Source of the DNA: Octopus sinensis
Lineage: Eukaryota
Length of the DNA: 64,000 nt
Assembly (NCBI RefSeq): GCF_006345805.1
Contig: NC_043024.1
Coordinates: 14,198,001-14,262,000 of the forward strand
Direction: 5' to 3'
Below, piece after piece: positions 1 through 13,210 of the stretch. Numbering within the stretch: the stretch's first letter is position 1; each line of letters starts with the position of its first letter. A program made the translations under genes and the position numbers. Below the pieces are notes generated by a model that was not told where the DNA came from, searched no databases, and saw only the letters and a program-made list of their open reading frames with translations.

Positions 1-120
1 AAATCCACTCATAAGGCTTTGGTCGACCCGGGGCTATAGTAGAAGATACTTACCCAAAGTGCCACGCAGTGGGACTGAACCCGGAACCGTGTGGTTGGTA
101 AGCAAGCAATCTACTACACA
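1..120 (-). mobile_element. SINE family A (tRNA head, CORE-like centre), 5' fragment cut by the window edge
   Basis: Reverse complement of the head seen complete at 57088 and 33548 (GGTTCCGGGTTCAGTCCCACTGCGTGGCAC...). Confidence 0.8.
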
Positions 121-171
121 TTCGTGTGCGTGTGTGTGTGTGCAGGCGTGTGTATTTATGCATATACACAA

Positions 172-204
<33 letters not shown>

Positions 205-479
205 AAACAAAGTAAAATTGGAAGGTACTGCACGAGCGAAAATATATAGGAAAGGGGATTTGAAAATGCAGAAGTCTTTTAATGATGTTTATTGACTTGA
301 CCGGTTTCACTTTAAAAAAAAAGATTTTCAAAAGTAAAGTGCAAGGCTTTGGTGGTGTTAAAAATTAGTTAACATAGACGTCTTAGAATACAGTGACAAC
401 GATAATAAGATGTTAAGAAATAGAATCTTGGACAATGATAAGAAAATGTTAAGAGAGGACTTGCATTTAAACAGTTTAC

Positions 480-720
480 CAAAAAGTCAGTAATATAAGT
501 TCATAACTGTTAATATGGTCATCAGAAACCATAATTGTTTATAAGCTTATGGACAGAAAGAATTTGTAGACAGCATTTGATAGGAGAAAGCGTGTATTGG
601 TTTGTCAAAAGTTCATCAGAAAACAATTTTTTATTACACGGTAAAACGCGAGCAAGAAAAATAACAGTTATCTGGAAAAGTACAGAACAAGAAAATTTTC
701 ACTTAATTTATTGCAGTTTA
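480..720 (+). mobile_element. Degenerate Penelope-like element, GIY-YIG endonuclease fragment
   Basis: CRQHLIGES resembles the C-x-x-x-YIGE[TS] motif and is followed by a VHQ-like segment; about 110 bp are homologous to 1343-1455 on the opposite strand. Confidence 0.5.
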
Positions 721-1107
721 TTTTTGTGTTTTGTTTGCATTTTTCTGTTTGGTGTGTGTGTGTTTCTGTGAGTGTGTCTGGTAATTGTCAGGACTGTGTG
801 TATAAGTACGTGCGTCTACCTATTTATGTATGTGTCTTTATGTGGGTGAATGTTTGCTGTGATTGCTAAAAATGTATTACATATGTATATGTGTATGTTT
901 TTTCCTTGGAGTGTGTGTGTGTTTTTGCTCGAGTGTTGCTATATTGCAATTGTGCGTGTGTGTGCGTGGGTGGTTGCATTGTATTTGTGAGTGTGTGTGT
1001 GCGTGTGTATCTGTGTGTATTTGTTGTGGATGTGTGTTCCTGATTCTTACGGGTAGGGCTATTATGCTTATATGTCGGTGGTCCAAGTATATTTTTTGAG
1101 ATACTGG

Positions 1108-1460
1108 AGTGAGTTGTGGTTTGTATTTTTGAATAAATTTATTTTCCTTCTTTAACCGTGTTTGATCAGTGGTGCTCTCTGGACAAAAGTACGGTGAGAA
1201 AACTTGGAATTCGGGGGACTTATTTTGTGCACAATCTCTCATAGACTATTTCTAGAAATAGCAACCTTCCTTGGAAAACATATATACAAGACTGGGGACG
1301 AGGAAAAAGGTTGGTAATTTCCCTAAAATCCTTAAAAACAATCATGATTTCTGATGAACTTTTGACAAACCAATATACACTTTTTCCCATCAAATACTGT
1401 CTACAATTTTTTTCTGTATATATGCTTATGAATAATTATGATTTCTCCTGAACTTATAAA
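1108..1460 (-). mobile_element. Degenerate Penelope-like element, GIY-YIG C-terminus
   Basis: Minus-strand translation ...PEFQVFSPYF...TRLKKENKFIQKYKPQL fits the R-x-x-KE-x-x-FI-x-x-x-x-P-x-L(N) end of Penelope GIY-YIG domains. Confidence 0.6.
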
Positions 1461-1604
1461 CTATTTTGGACTTATTTTATGTAAACACAAGATCCGCACG
1501 AGGCACCTCATTCAGTATTATTATCAATCCAAGAGTCTAACTGTGTCTATCCGTAGCACTTACATAGCCTTACCTGCCATTTTGGGTCTTCTGGATACCA
1601 GAAC

Positions 1605-1666
<62 letters not shown>

Positions 1667-2242
1667 CAATTAAGGACTGAACACGAAAAGTGAACAGTCA
1701 ACATGCTAGATATAGACCTCAAATCGCCATTCTCCACAAAGATTATGTTCTCAAATAAAACTCAGCATATAAATAAGTAAATATACTTATACATGCACGT
1801 GCATATTCGCACATATGTATACCATTGTGGGTGAGTGTGTTCTCGTTTTGTGGCCAAGTAACGAGAGTCACCGGCTCTCATTCAAGTGATTCAAGGTGCC
1901 GCACCTGAGTCGTGGGAAGTGATTTGTTCTTGAGAAATTCAATTCATTTCACTATTGTGCATTCACCTAATTTACAGAAAATTAGAACCAACCACGAGGT
2001 GGTATATTCCTGTTACCGTCAAGTTATCACAACCGAAAATTTACGGGGTGATGGTGGTCGGAGTAAATATCCATGCTTGGCTGCCACTACATAGAAATCT
2101 ACAAGAATTCGACAGACCGTGGTACATGATTCTAAATCATATAATTTAGCGAACAGAGTTTATTGTTTTTCACATACGTAATTACATATTAGGCATCCAC
2201 ATAAAGGCGCAGATATAAACATACATCAATCTAGGCGCACGT

Positions 2243-2321
<79 letters not shown>

Positions 2322-2377
2322 CATATGTATGTATATATATATACATATATATATATATACATATGTACATATAAATG

Positions 2378-2413
<36 letters not shown>

Positions 2414-3009
2414 AATATATGTGTATATATATATGTGTGTGTGTATAGGCACCATATTCATCTGAATCTAAACTTATATATATATGTATGTATATATGTA
2501 TGTGTGTATGTGTGTATATGTATGTAAGGATGTATATCGAGTACAACCTTACATACATACATATATATATGTGTGTGTGTGAGAGTATATTCTTGTTTGT
2601 AAGAATGTGTGTATATGTGCATTTATGAAATTCTATCCTCAGAGAAAAGCCTTTTGACTGAAAATCATTGTAAAACAATTTCAAATAATTCATTTTTTCC
2701 AATACAGAAATATTTTTAAAAAATACATGTAAAAATGATTTTGGGAAAATGTACCAAAAAAAAACATAAAAAATAGCAGAAAATTAATAAGAATTACAAA
2801 TAAATAAGTTTATATATATATATAATGAATTTTATTTTTGCGATGAGAAATATAATTTTATTTTTTACTTATTCTGCATCTGTTTTACATAAGTTTACTT
2901 TCAGAATTTTCAGTATATATTTCATTTTAATATTTTTATCGATATCATTGAAAAGTTCCCGATCCCTCTATTTCTATATATATATTTTATTTTCCACGCA
3001 ATATGTATG

Positions 3010-3077
<68 letters not shown>

Positions 3078-3104
3078 TATTATTATTATTTATTATTATT
3101 ATTA

Positions 3105-3154
<50 letters not shown>

Positions 3155-3216
3155 ATTATTATTATTATTAATATATTATTATTATTATTATTTTTTTATT
3201 ATTATTATTATTATCA

Positions 3217-3266
<50 letters not shown>

Positions 3267-3527
3267 TATTATTATTATATTATTATTATTATTATATTTA
3301 TTAATGCTGTTGTTGTGTTTGCTGTTCTTGTTTTTGCTGTTATTGTTGTATGTTGTGTCTAAGATATTGTGCGATGGTGGAAGAGTGCACGTTTCTGATT
3401 TTGCTCTGCCTTCTGCGTATACAAATCTCTCTCCCTCCCCCTCTCTCGTGTCTGTATATATATATATGTATATATATATATACATATATACATATATCAA
3501 TATATATAATTTGTTTATATATAAACG

Positions 3528-3598
<71 letters not shown>

Positions 3599-3662
3599 AA
3601 TGTATATACATATATAATATATATAATGTGTTTATATATAAACGTATACTTTATATATATAT

Positions 3663-3709
<47 letters not shown>

Positions 3710-3977
3710 AATATGGAAATAAAATTTATATATATGCTCATATATCTACGTAATTATACATATAATATGTTCGTGTCTGTATGTGTGTGTATCTATATAT
3801 CTACCTACACACACACAACACACACACACACACATATATATATATAGAGAGAGAGACAGAGAGAGAGAGAGAGATACATACAAACACACACACGCACATG
3901 TATGATTTCATATCTATATATACATATATAAATATATGTATATATGAGCACACACACACAAACATGCTTATACATAT

Positions 3978-4105
3978 ATAGAGTTACGTAAAAAATGCGC
4001 ATACATGTATATGAGAGTACACGTGCATGGGTTTGAGTATATTAATATATGCATTTATATATGCCTGAACGCATGTGTATATATGCATGTTCGTAAGAAT
4101 GTGTG

Positions 4106-4144
<39 letters not shown>

Positions 4145-4388
4145 AAATATGTACGTATGCATGCAAGTATGTATGTATATATGTACGTGGGTCTGGAGGT
4201 ACCTATGTGTGTGTGTATGTATGTATGTATGTATGTATGTATATATATGTATGTATGTATATATATAGAGAGTTACGTAAAAAATGCGCATACATGTATA
4301 TGAGAGTGCACGCGCATGGGTTTGAGTATATTAATATATGCATTTATATATGCCTGAACGCATGTATATATGCATGTACGTAAGAATG

Positions 4389-4420
<32 letters not shown>

Positions 4421-4729
4421 GTGTGTGTAAATATGTACGTATGCATGAAGTATGTATGTATGTACGTGGGTCTGTAGGTACCTATGTGGGTGTGTATGTA
4501 TGTATGTATGCATATATATATGTATGTATGTATATATAGAGAGAGTTACGTAAAAAATGCGCATACATGTATATGAGTGTGCACGCGCATGGGTTTGGGT
4601 ATATTAATATATGCATTTATATATGCCTGAACGCATGTATATATGCATGTACGTAAGAATGTGTGCATATATATATATGTGTGTGTGTGTGTGTGTTTGT
4701 GTAAATATGTACGTATGCATGCAAGTATG

Positions 4730-4760
<31 letters not shown>

Positions 4761-4810
4761 GTGGGTCTGTAGGTACCTATGTATGTGTGTATGTATGTAT
4801 GTATATACTT
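3978..4810. repeat. Three-copy tandem repeat, period about 273-289 bp, built from microsatellite plus unique blocks
   Basis: GAGTTACGTAAAAAATGCGCATACATG starts at 3981, 4270 and 4543. Confidence 0.9.
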
Positions 4811-6402
4811 GTGTGTTGTATGTGTAAAGCAAACGACTTGTTTAGGTTTCCTAATTAACGATGAGTACGTTGAAATGTACAAACCGTAAAATAAAACGCA
4901 ATAAAATCTCTGGCAATAATCAAAAAATTCTTGCTGCCACTCAAAGACAAGTGGCAGCTGTTACCTTCCCATTCATCTAAAAGTTATTGGAAATATATCG
5001 GAAATTTTGCACAGCTCAGCCTAATCAAAGTTCTTTGCCAGAGGACATGTCTATTCGTTGTACAGTATTATTTGTCCTCTGCCTTTCCAGTTTCAAATTC
5101 TTCCGAGTCCCAGTGTACTAAACAGTTTTGCGTCTTCGGTATTATTAAGAAGATGTACTTAGTGTCATTTCTTCTAACTCATTATGTTGCAGGGGTTACT
5201 GGAAAAATATCACAAAACGCCCAAACTTCCGTTTTTTTATAGGGTTTAGAAAAACTAAAGGGCCGCTGCTATAAGTTTGTGAATATGAGACGGTGATATG
5301 TTGAATGGAATCATAATTAACTGCACTCCTGTAATTTCTTTTATCCAAGTCTGGAACATTTGAGGAACCACCCACTTTCATAATTTTAAAATCGATAAAA
5401 TAACACCAGACAAGTACTACAATCAATGTAATCGACTTGCCCCCAAACCACAAAATAACTGGGCCTGCGCCAAACTTAGGTAGGATTTTAAAGGTTATTT
5501 GTATACTTAAGGATTTGTAAGGTTATTTTAAAATTGTTACAATGGTTCTATATATCCACCCCTAATAATGATTTCAAATATACGGTGAAGTAGGTAAAAT
5601 TGTCTCCAGTGTTTAACTGGTACTTATGTTATCAACCCCGAAATAATGAAAGGCAAAGTTGACCTGTGTGGAATTTGAACTCACAACGTAAAGTGAGACG
5701 AAACAACACTAAACGTTTTTCCCGGCCTACTAACGAATGGGCCATCTCGCTGCTTTATCCATCCCTGATATTGTGGCGAAAAAGCTCCGTATTTTTGTTT
5801 CCAAGTTCAAATCACGGAATTATAAATTATATTAACGACTTGGATAATTTGGAACTTGGCCAGAACTCTTTGAGGAAAAGTTAAGTGGGTTCTATTGACT
5901 CCCGTGCTCGACTGGTTTTATTTTGTCAACATTTTATGGGTGAAATATAAGCTCGACTTCAACGGATTTTGAACTCAGAATGTAAAGATCCGGTAGAAAT
6001 AACCACTAATCTTTTTGTCCCTTGCGCTTCTGTCAGCTCCACCGCCTTGTCCGTTGTGTCGTCATGATTTTAATATTCTTTACTCCACAGCTGCTCACTG
6101 ATCCGACCACGACCACAACTACCTATACTTTCTTTGGACGGTAATTAGATTGAATAAAGGTGGCGAATTGGCTAAAGAAATTTGTATTTTTCTTCGAAAT
6201 TAGATATTTTGACGAGAGTGCTTCCGATTGAGATCAGCAGATGTTATTCATTAACTCATGGTGTAGTAGGAAAGGAGAGAAGAATGGTTGAAAAACCTTT
6301 CCTGACTCTGCTACACACAGTCTCCGGAGGGCAGAGACTTTGTGGCAGCTAAATCACGGCCCCGTCACGTTGCAGCTAATCGATTCTAGAAAGAAGAAAC
6401 AC

Positions 6403-6449
<47 letters not shown>

Positions 6450-7344
6450 AATCGATCCGCAGTATTTGATGACTACTTTATCTATTGAAACCAGAGGGAA
6501 GGAAAGCGAAAGATAAAATGTTGGATTTGATTGCAGAATGCAAAGAGATGGAGATTCGAGAGGTTTTCTCAGGCAGTAACGTTTCATATTACCAGTGAAA
6601 TAGAGAACTCGTTCTTATACGAATACACTCTAGAGAATGTGTTCGTATTTGAGGGTGGGCCTAAATAAGGAGCAAAATATTATAGAGACTCGCTACCATG
6701 TTCCTTGGAGCGTCGAAAGATCTGCTTCACTGCATTAAGTCCGGATTTTCATATTCTCAATTCAAGGTTTGCCACCGTCAGTTTTGCGTTTCATCTTTTC
6801 AGAGTCAATAAAAGAGATTCTCTCCGCAAGTATAAGGACGATTGTATCGACTTCCACTGACAATTGCTAGCTTGAATTCAGTTGTGCGGTGGATTGAAGC
6901 AAATGTTAGAGTGCCTGGCAAATGGATTTTGCAGCAATTGTTCCGGTGACTAGCTTTCCATGAACAATTCTTACAGAGGTCAACTAAGGCCTTCCTCATC
7001 CGGAGGCGATAAAATAAAGTATCAGATAAACGCTGACGTTGCTACTACCCACTACACGCTCTCTTCAAAACTGCTACAATTGTACTTAAACGAGAAGCCA
7101 TCATCGCTGGAGGCGAGGAGCTGGCAGAGTCGTTAGCACCCCGGGTAAATTGATTCGCAGCATTTCTTCCGTCTTTAAGTTCTGAGTTCAAATTCCGCCG
7201 AAGACGACTTAGCCTTTCATTCTTTCGGAGTCGATAAATTAAGTACCCGTGAAACACTGGGTTCGATGTAATGGACTAGTCCCTGCCCACAAAATCTCAG
7301 GCTTTGTACTTTTTGTAGAAGCTATTAAAGACGGCACACCAGCA

Positions 7345-7562
7345 GAAAGGTTAGCACGCCGGACGAAATGCAAAGCGGTATTTCGTCTGCCGCTACGTTC
7401 TGAGTTCAAATTCCGCCGTGGACGACTTTGTCTTTCATCCTTTCGAGGTCGATTATATAAGTACCAGTTACGCACCGGGATCGATATAATCGACTTAATC
7501 CGTTTGTCTGTCCTTGTTTGTCCCCTGTATATTTAGTCCCTTGTGGGCAATAAAGAAATAAG
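7345..7562 (+). mobile_element. SINE family B (tRNA head; central domain resembling the Meta domain as recalled; Tx1-like 3' tail)
   Basis: B box GAGTTCAAATTCC, centre ...TTTCATCCTTTCGAGGTCGATTATATAAGTACCAG, tail CCCTTGTGGGCAATAAAGAAATA; a partial copy lies at 7110-7245. Confidence 0.85.
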
Positions 7563-7740
7563 AAAGGTATTCTTAGAGTTGTGCTTAAATAAAGTTTATG
7601 TTTCAAGGTGGAGGATTTGCAGACGCACAAAGTGCGATTTGGTTTGAGTTTCGGCTCTTTACTAGTTCAGTGATGAACTCAATATGCTCAGCCTTGATTT
7701 CCATATTTTGTTTTAGATTGTTTTATTATAACAATCAAAT

Positions 7741-7905
7741 ACCTATTTCCTTACTATCCACAAGGAGCTAAACACAAAAGGGTCAAACAAGGACAGACAA
7801 ACGGATTAAGTCCATTACATCGACCCCAGTGCGTGACTGGTACTTATTTAATCGACCCCGAAAGGATGAAAGGCAAATTTCGACCTCGGCGCAATTTGAA
7901 CTCAT
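7741..7905 (-). mobile_element. SINE family B body
   Basis: Reverse complement of the family B centre and tail. Confidence 0.85.
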
Positions 7906-9689
7906 AACAATTAAATACCGCAACCAATGCGAATGAATAACCCCTCCTCCCTACATGACTCACCTCATGTATTAGCTGCAATCAATTATTGTCTATTGTC
8001 ATTTATATCAGCTTTGGAGCATCACATGATCTGTCACATGGTAGGAGATTTTGTGTCTTCGTTGGTTTTTTATTCTTCTATTTTTTGTTCTGTCGTAATT
8101 GAAGCAAATGCATCTATTTTTAAATATTTCCTGCTGAGAAACCTTCTGGAATGTATTTGAATATATCTCCCATGCAGACAAAGAAAATAAAGTTAGTAAT
8201 TTTCAGACGTTTTAAACATTATCATTTTACATTGAAACTAACCTGTACAACAGTGTCATCAGATGCACTGGCCGGCCAAAAACAAAGAAAAATCAAATTG
8301 AAAGCAAAAAGTAAAACTAATTTAATCACTCAAAATAAAGTTGTTACTGTATTCAGAGGAAATATAAGGTTTGACAGCAGCCATTAACGCTGAAATTGTT
8401 TGTTAGACTTACCTATCTTAAATTCCAAATGACTACAACAATAACAACGTCAACATCGGCATCGTCAACTAAACACACTCTTTGCCGAACGGCAATGACA
8501 CAGAGGTCTGCGGGGTTTACCAAACTAAGGAATGGAAAGAAAATTCGTACTGAAATAGAGAGAAGGTATTTTCAGTCTTCCTTCATTCACTCGTGCCATT
8601 GTGTAAACCAGAAGCATGAACTATGTGACAGAGAAAATGTTCCTCTGGTTAAACTACGTCGCAAGGTGAAGCGTTTCAATACAAAAAACCCTCATCGAAC
8701 AGTGAACCAAAAAAAAAAGCGATATATTTTTGATATTGGGTAGCATGGAGGGTCTCTTCATAAGCTCTCGAAAAGCTATTTTTGTCGGCCCTAGGCGAAA
8801 TGTGGAATAGAAAATCCTCTGAAGTCTGTATGGATTCATATTTGGAATATTGAAACCACGTATCCGTGTGATGGGAATGGCCAGCATAATGGACTAGATG
8901 CCATTCTAAAATATTATATTTCAATACATGGGGTGCAAAAGAAGGATTATCGTAGAAGATATTGGTAATGATATTGGTGATAAGCTCTGGAGTAATGAAA
9001 AATAATTAGTTGGGTGCACTCTATAAACAAATGCAGATGAAACCCCGATGTTTCTCCGTCGGGTTAGATTTGACATTAATCACCATTTAATGGCATTTTG
9101 CTTCGTTGAACAACAACATACGATGATAAATCGAAAGACCTATAGTTAGCAGCAGAACTGGCAGAGTACCCGTGTCCCGACAGAAATATAATTGTCGCAA
9201 ACGGCGAAGTAGCAAGCAATGAGAAAGGCGAGGAGCTTCTTTCTTACACCATCACCCCAACATCTTGCGGCAAACGGAGAAATTGAAAAAGGTACAATGT
9301 TAGGAACCTGCAAAAGAAAGCTGAAGAGGCAAAAGAAAATATGTGCCCTTCAGGCATCGGAAAAAATAATTTAAATTTATCATAAATGGATTCAAAGAAA
9401 TGAAAAACGAAACAACCGAAATGAAAGTCGGAGCCAGCACTTTGGTATTTTCGAACGTTTAGCATAGAAATATGTCTCATGAAGACTAAGTTGGAGATGA
9501 AGTACCGATGAATAGATGAAGTGCAGATTTACAAGATATATAAATACTAATGAAACCCCGATGTGGCTCCGTTGGGTTAGATTCGAAATAAAGCGCCATT
9601 TAATGGCCTTTTGCCTCGTTGAACAATATATGATGATAAATAGAAAGACCAATAGGTAGCAACAGAACTGTATGTGGAGAGAGCGGTTA

Positions 9690-10023
9690 AGGCAGCTTGC
9701 TGGTACAGATGTTTGTTTTTTGGTTTTTTCCTTCTCGAACCACGCCTGGCTCATAAGGGCCTGTTTTCCGATTTCCTTGACGTATAGATTCCCCACCTGG
9801 ATGGGACGCCGGTCCGTCGCAGGTGAGCTGCAAGATGCAGGAGGAAAGAGTGAGAGAAAGTTGTGGCAAAAGAGTCAGCAGGAGTTCGCTATTAACTTCT
9901 GCCCGAGCCGCGTGGAGCTTAGGTGTTTCGCTCATAAACGCACACATCGCCTGGTCTGAGATTCGAACCCGAGCTCCTTCGACCGCGAGTCCGCTGCTCA
10001 AAGCACTAGGCCATGTGCCTCCA
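9690..10023 (-). mobile_element. SINE family C head with an alternative (V-domain-like) 3' half
   Basis: Head TGGAGGCACATGGCCTAGTG...GGTTCGAATCTC matches 23161; 3' part CTGCGACGGACCGGCGTCCCATCCAG matches 62060-62090. Confidence 0.75.
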
Positions 10024-10477
10024 CAAAGTCGTAGACACTTCCTTTATCGCTGCGGCATCCAAATTATTCACGAGCATTTTCACAGTGCGAGTCCGACAAG
10101 TTTCGGTACGTGAGGAAGTTGTACGTCAGGAAGTTGTTTATTGGAAAATGTGTGAGATCCTTGATACTGTTTGGTATCGATATCAATGGCTTATCTTTCC
10201 ATCGTTTCTCTATCTTAGATATTTTCTTATTGTTTATCCTTTTATTCGTCTCAACATTCAGCTGGCGCCATGCTGGAGCATCATCTTTGTTGTTTTAAGT
10301 CTGACATTTATTATATCGGTATTCTTGGTCAACTAAGTGACGGGGACATAAAGAATCCAACACCGGTTGTGAAGAGGTGTAAAGAGACAAACACTGACAG
10401 AAACACAAACACACACACACAAGCATAGGTATATACATAGATAGATAGACTGACAGATATATATATAGATAGATATG

Positions 10478-10509
<32 letters not shown>

Positions 10510-10518
10510 ATATACATG

Positions 10519-10549
<31 letters not shown>

Positions 10550-10563
10550 TATACATTCATACA

Positions 10564-10598
<35 letters not shown>

Positions 10599-10681
10599 TC
10601 ATACATAATATATATATATATTATATATATATATATATATACATTCATAAATATATATATATATATATATAACATTCATAC

Positions 10682-10724
<43 letters not shown>

Positions 10725-10954
10725 CATAATATATATATTATATATATATATATATACATTCATAAATAATATATATATATATATATATATAATATATATA
10801 TAATATATATATACATTCATACATAATATATATATATATATACATTCATGCATATATATATATATATATATATATACATTCATACATAATATATATATAT
10901 ATATATATATATATACATTCATACATAATATATATATATTATATACATTCATAC

Positions 10955-10995
<41 letters not shown>

Positions 10996-11108
10996 GTGTC
11001 TGTGGAGTGCTCAGCCACTTACATGTTAATTTCACGAGCAGGCTGTTCCGTTGATCGGATCAACCGGGACCCTCGTCGTCGTAATCGACGGAATGCTTCC
11101 ATCCATCC

Positions 11109-11139
<31 letters not shown>

Positions 11140-11201
11140 AATGTATATATATATATACTATATATATATAATATATATATATATATATTATATATATATA
11201 T

Positions 11202-11576
11202 ATGGATGGATGGAAGCATTCCGTCGATTACGACGACGAGGGTCCCGGTTGATCCGAATCAACGGAACAGCCTGCTCGTGAAATTAACATGTAAGTGGCT
11301 GAGCACTCCACAGACACGTGTACCCTTAACGTAGTTCTCGGGTATATTCAGCGTGACACAGAGAGTGACAAGGCCGGCCCTTTGAAATAGAGGTACAACA
11401 GAAACAGGAAGTAAGAGTGAGAGAAGGTTGTGGTGAAAGAGTACACCAGGGATCACCACCATGGAGCTTTAGGTGTTTTCGCTCAATAAACATTCACAAC
11501 GTCCGGTCCGGGAATCGAAACCGCGATCCTACGACCGCGAGCCCGCTACCCTAACCACTGGGCCATTGCGCCTCCA
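11202..11576 (-). mobile_element. SINE family C, near full length
   Basis: Reverse complement of the 23161-23545 copy, with A box TGGCCCAGTGG and B box GGTTTCGATTCC. Confidence 0.9.
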
Positions 11577-12714
11577 CACACACACATTATATATACACAC
11601 ACACTCATACACGATGAACATCTAAGTTTTCGTCTACCGATTTCACTCAAAAGGCCCTGAACAGTCCAGCCATATAGCGGCAGTTACTTGTGAAACGTGC
11701 CATGCTGTGGGTATGAACTCGACACCAAAGTTTGTTTCTAAACCACACGGCCATGACCTTGACTAACGTAGTTTACGAAATATTTTAGGGCTCCGAGGAA
11801 CAAATAAAGGCATTTATCAATCAGTGCAGCTTTTTTCTAAACGGAAATCGTTGGTGATATAACATACGAGGACATAATTGTAGATGGTACTAATAAAACT
11901 ATTTTATATTGATATTATTTATACGACAACAAGCTCTTATAATGATAATCATGATAGGAGCTCATCTATAAATATTAGTGTATCAAACAATAGTTATTCA
12001 TTGTCATACGAAATTTATTGCTTGAAAGAGAAATTAGAAATAAAAACGCTTGGAACTCTCTAACACTGAGAAATAATTATCACATTTTTCAGGATATAAA
12101 TTTACTTAGGCCATCGAGACGATGTTAATGAGGTATTATTTAATAATGGCTTTTAAACAATTTGGGATTTTTATAATCTCTTTTCCTTATTGATCATCAC
12201 TTACAGATAATCCCCTTGAGCAGAATATATATTCTAGACAATTTCCTTTTTAATGTTCATTGCGATCATATTAATATTATACATTACTGAGAGTTGATGG
12301 TCTGTTTCGTTTTCATGATTATTTTTGCCTTTATTTTTATTTTTGCTTAACATCCTGGCTGATTGACTTTGGTTTGAAGGTAATTTTCGGCGTTAAACAA
12401 TAAATCTTTTTCTTCACCTTCGCCTCCATCATCATCATCAAAATTATCATCAGCCTCTTCTTCTCATTCTTTCTTCCTCTCCTCATTCTTTCTTCCTGCA
12501 ACACTACTACTTATGCCTATATTTCCTGATATACGACGAAACCTTAGAGTGTACCAGGGAGAGAGGCTCTTAAGTTGTTCAGGAAATTGCACAATAAAGA
12601 TTCATATAAACTAAAAATAAAGTAACGAAATACGAACGGCAGAAGGGGTTGCGGGTGAAAATGGTGGGTTGCTGTGTGTTTTGGTAGATATATATGTATG
12701 TAGATAGATGTGTT

Positions 12715-12826
12715 GATAGGTAGAGAGAGAGATAGACAGAGACAGACATACAGATAGATAGATAGATAAATAGATAGATAGATGGACAGATAGATAGATA
12801 GATAGAGATAGATAGATAGATAGATA
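12715..12826. repeat. (GATA)n/(GACA)n microsatellite at the LINE 3' flank
   Basis: Read directly from the sequence. Confidence 0.95.
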
Positions 12827-13210
12827 TGTTTCTTTATTAGCCACACAGGGCTGCACACAGATAGAACAAATTACAAGGTAGAGCTTTTCTTTTGAAGGTT
12901 TAAAAAAAAAAAAAAAAAGGAAGGGGGATTTTCGATCAAAGGGTTCGTAAAAGGAGAGAAAGAGGACAAAAAGGGGGGTAAAAAAAAGGGGGAGAGGGAA
13001 AAAAAAAAAAAAAAAAAAATTGATCAATAGGGATCGTTATCACAGAAATGTCAATATGAAGTGTAAAGGGGAGGACAGGTGAGGTTTACCCTTGGAAAGA
13101 AAAGCCTACGGAAAGACCACGGTAACCTCGGTCAATGAAGTCACATTTATATTTTTTTTTTTTTTTTTTTTTTTGCAAATAAGCAACTCTCTCTTTTTCG
13201 ATTTCTGGGT

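Noticed and set aside
5196-5453. FGGKSI motif suggesting a Helitron/PIF1 helicase
   Set aside because: The following GD..Q motif is absent; the match is too short to support.
6805-6999. 64-aa Cys-rich ORF as an exon
   Set aside because: Runs into a decayed SINE fragment; no convincing splice signals or family resemblance.
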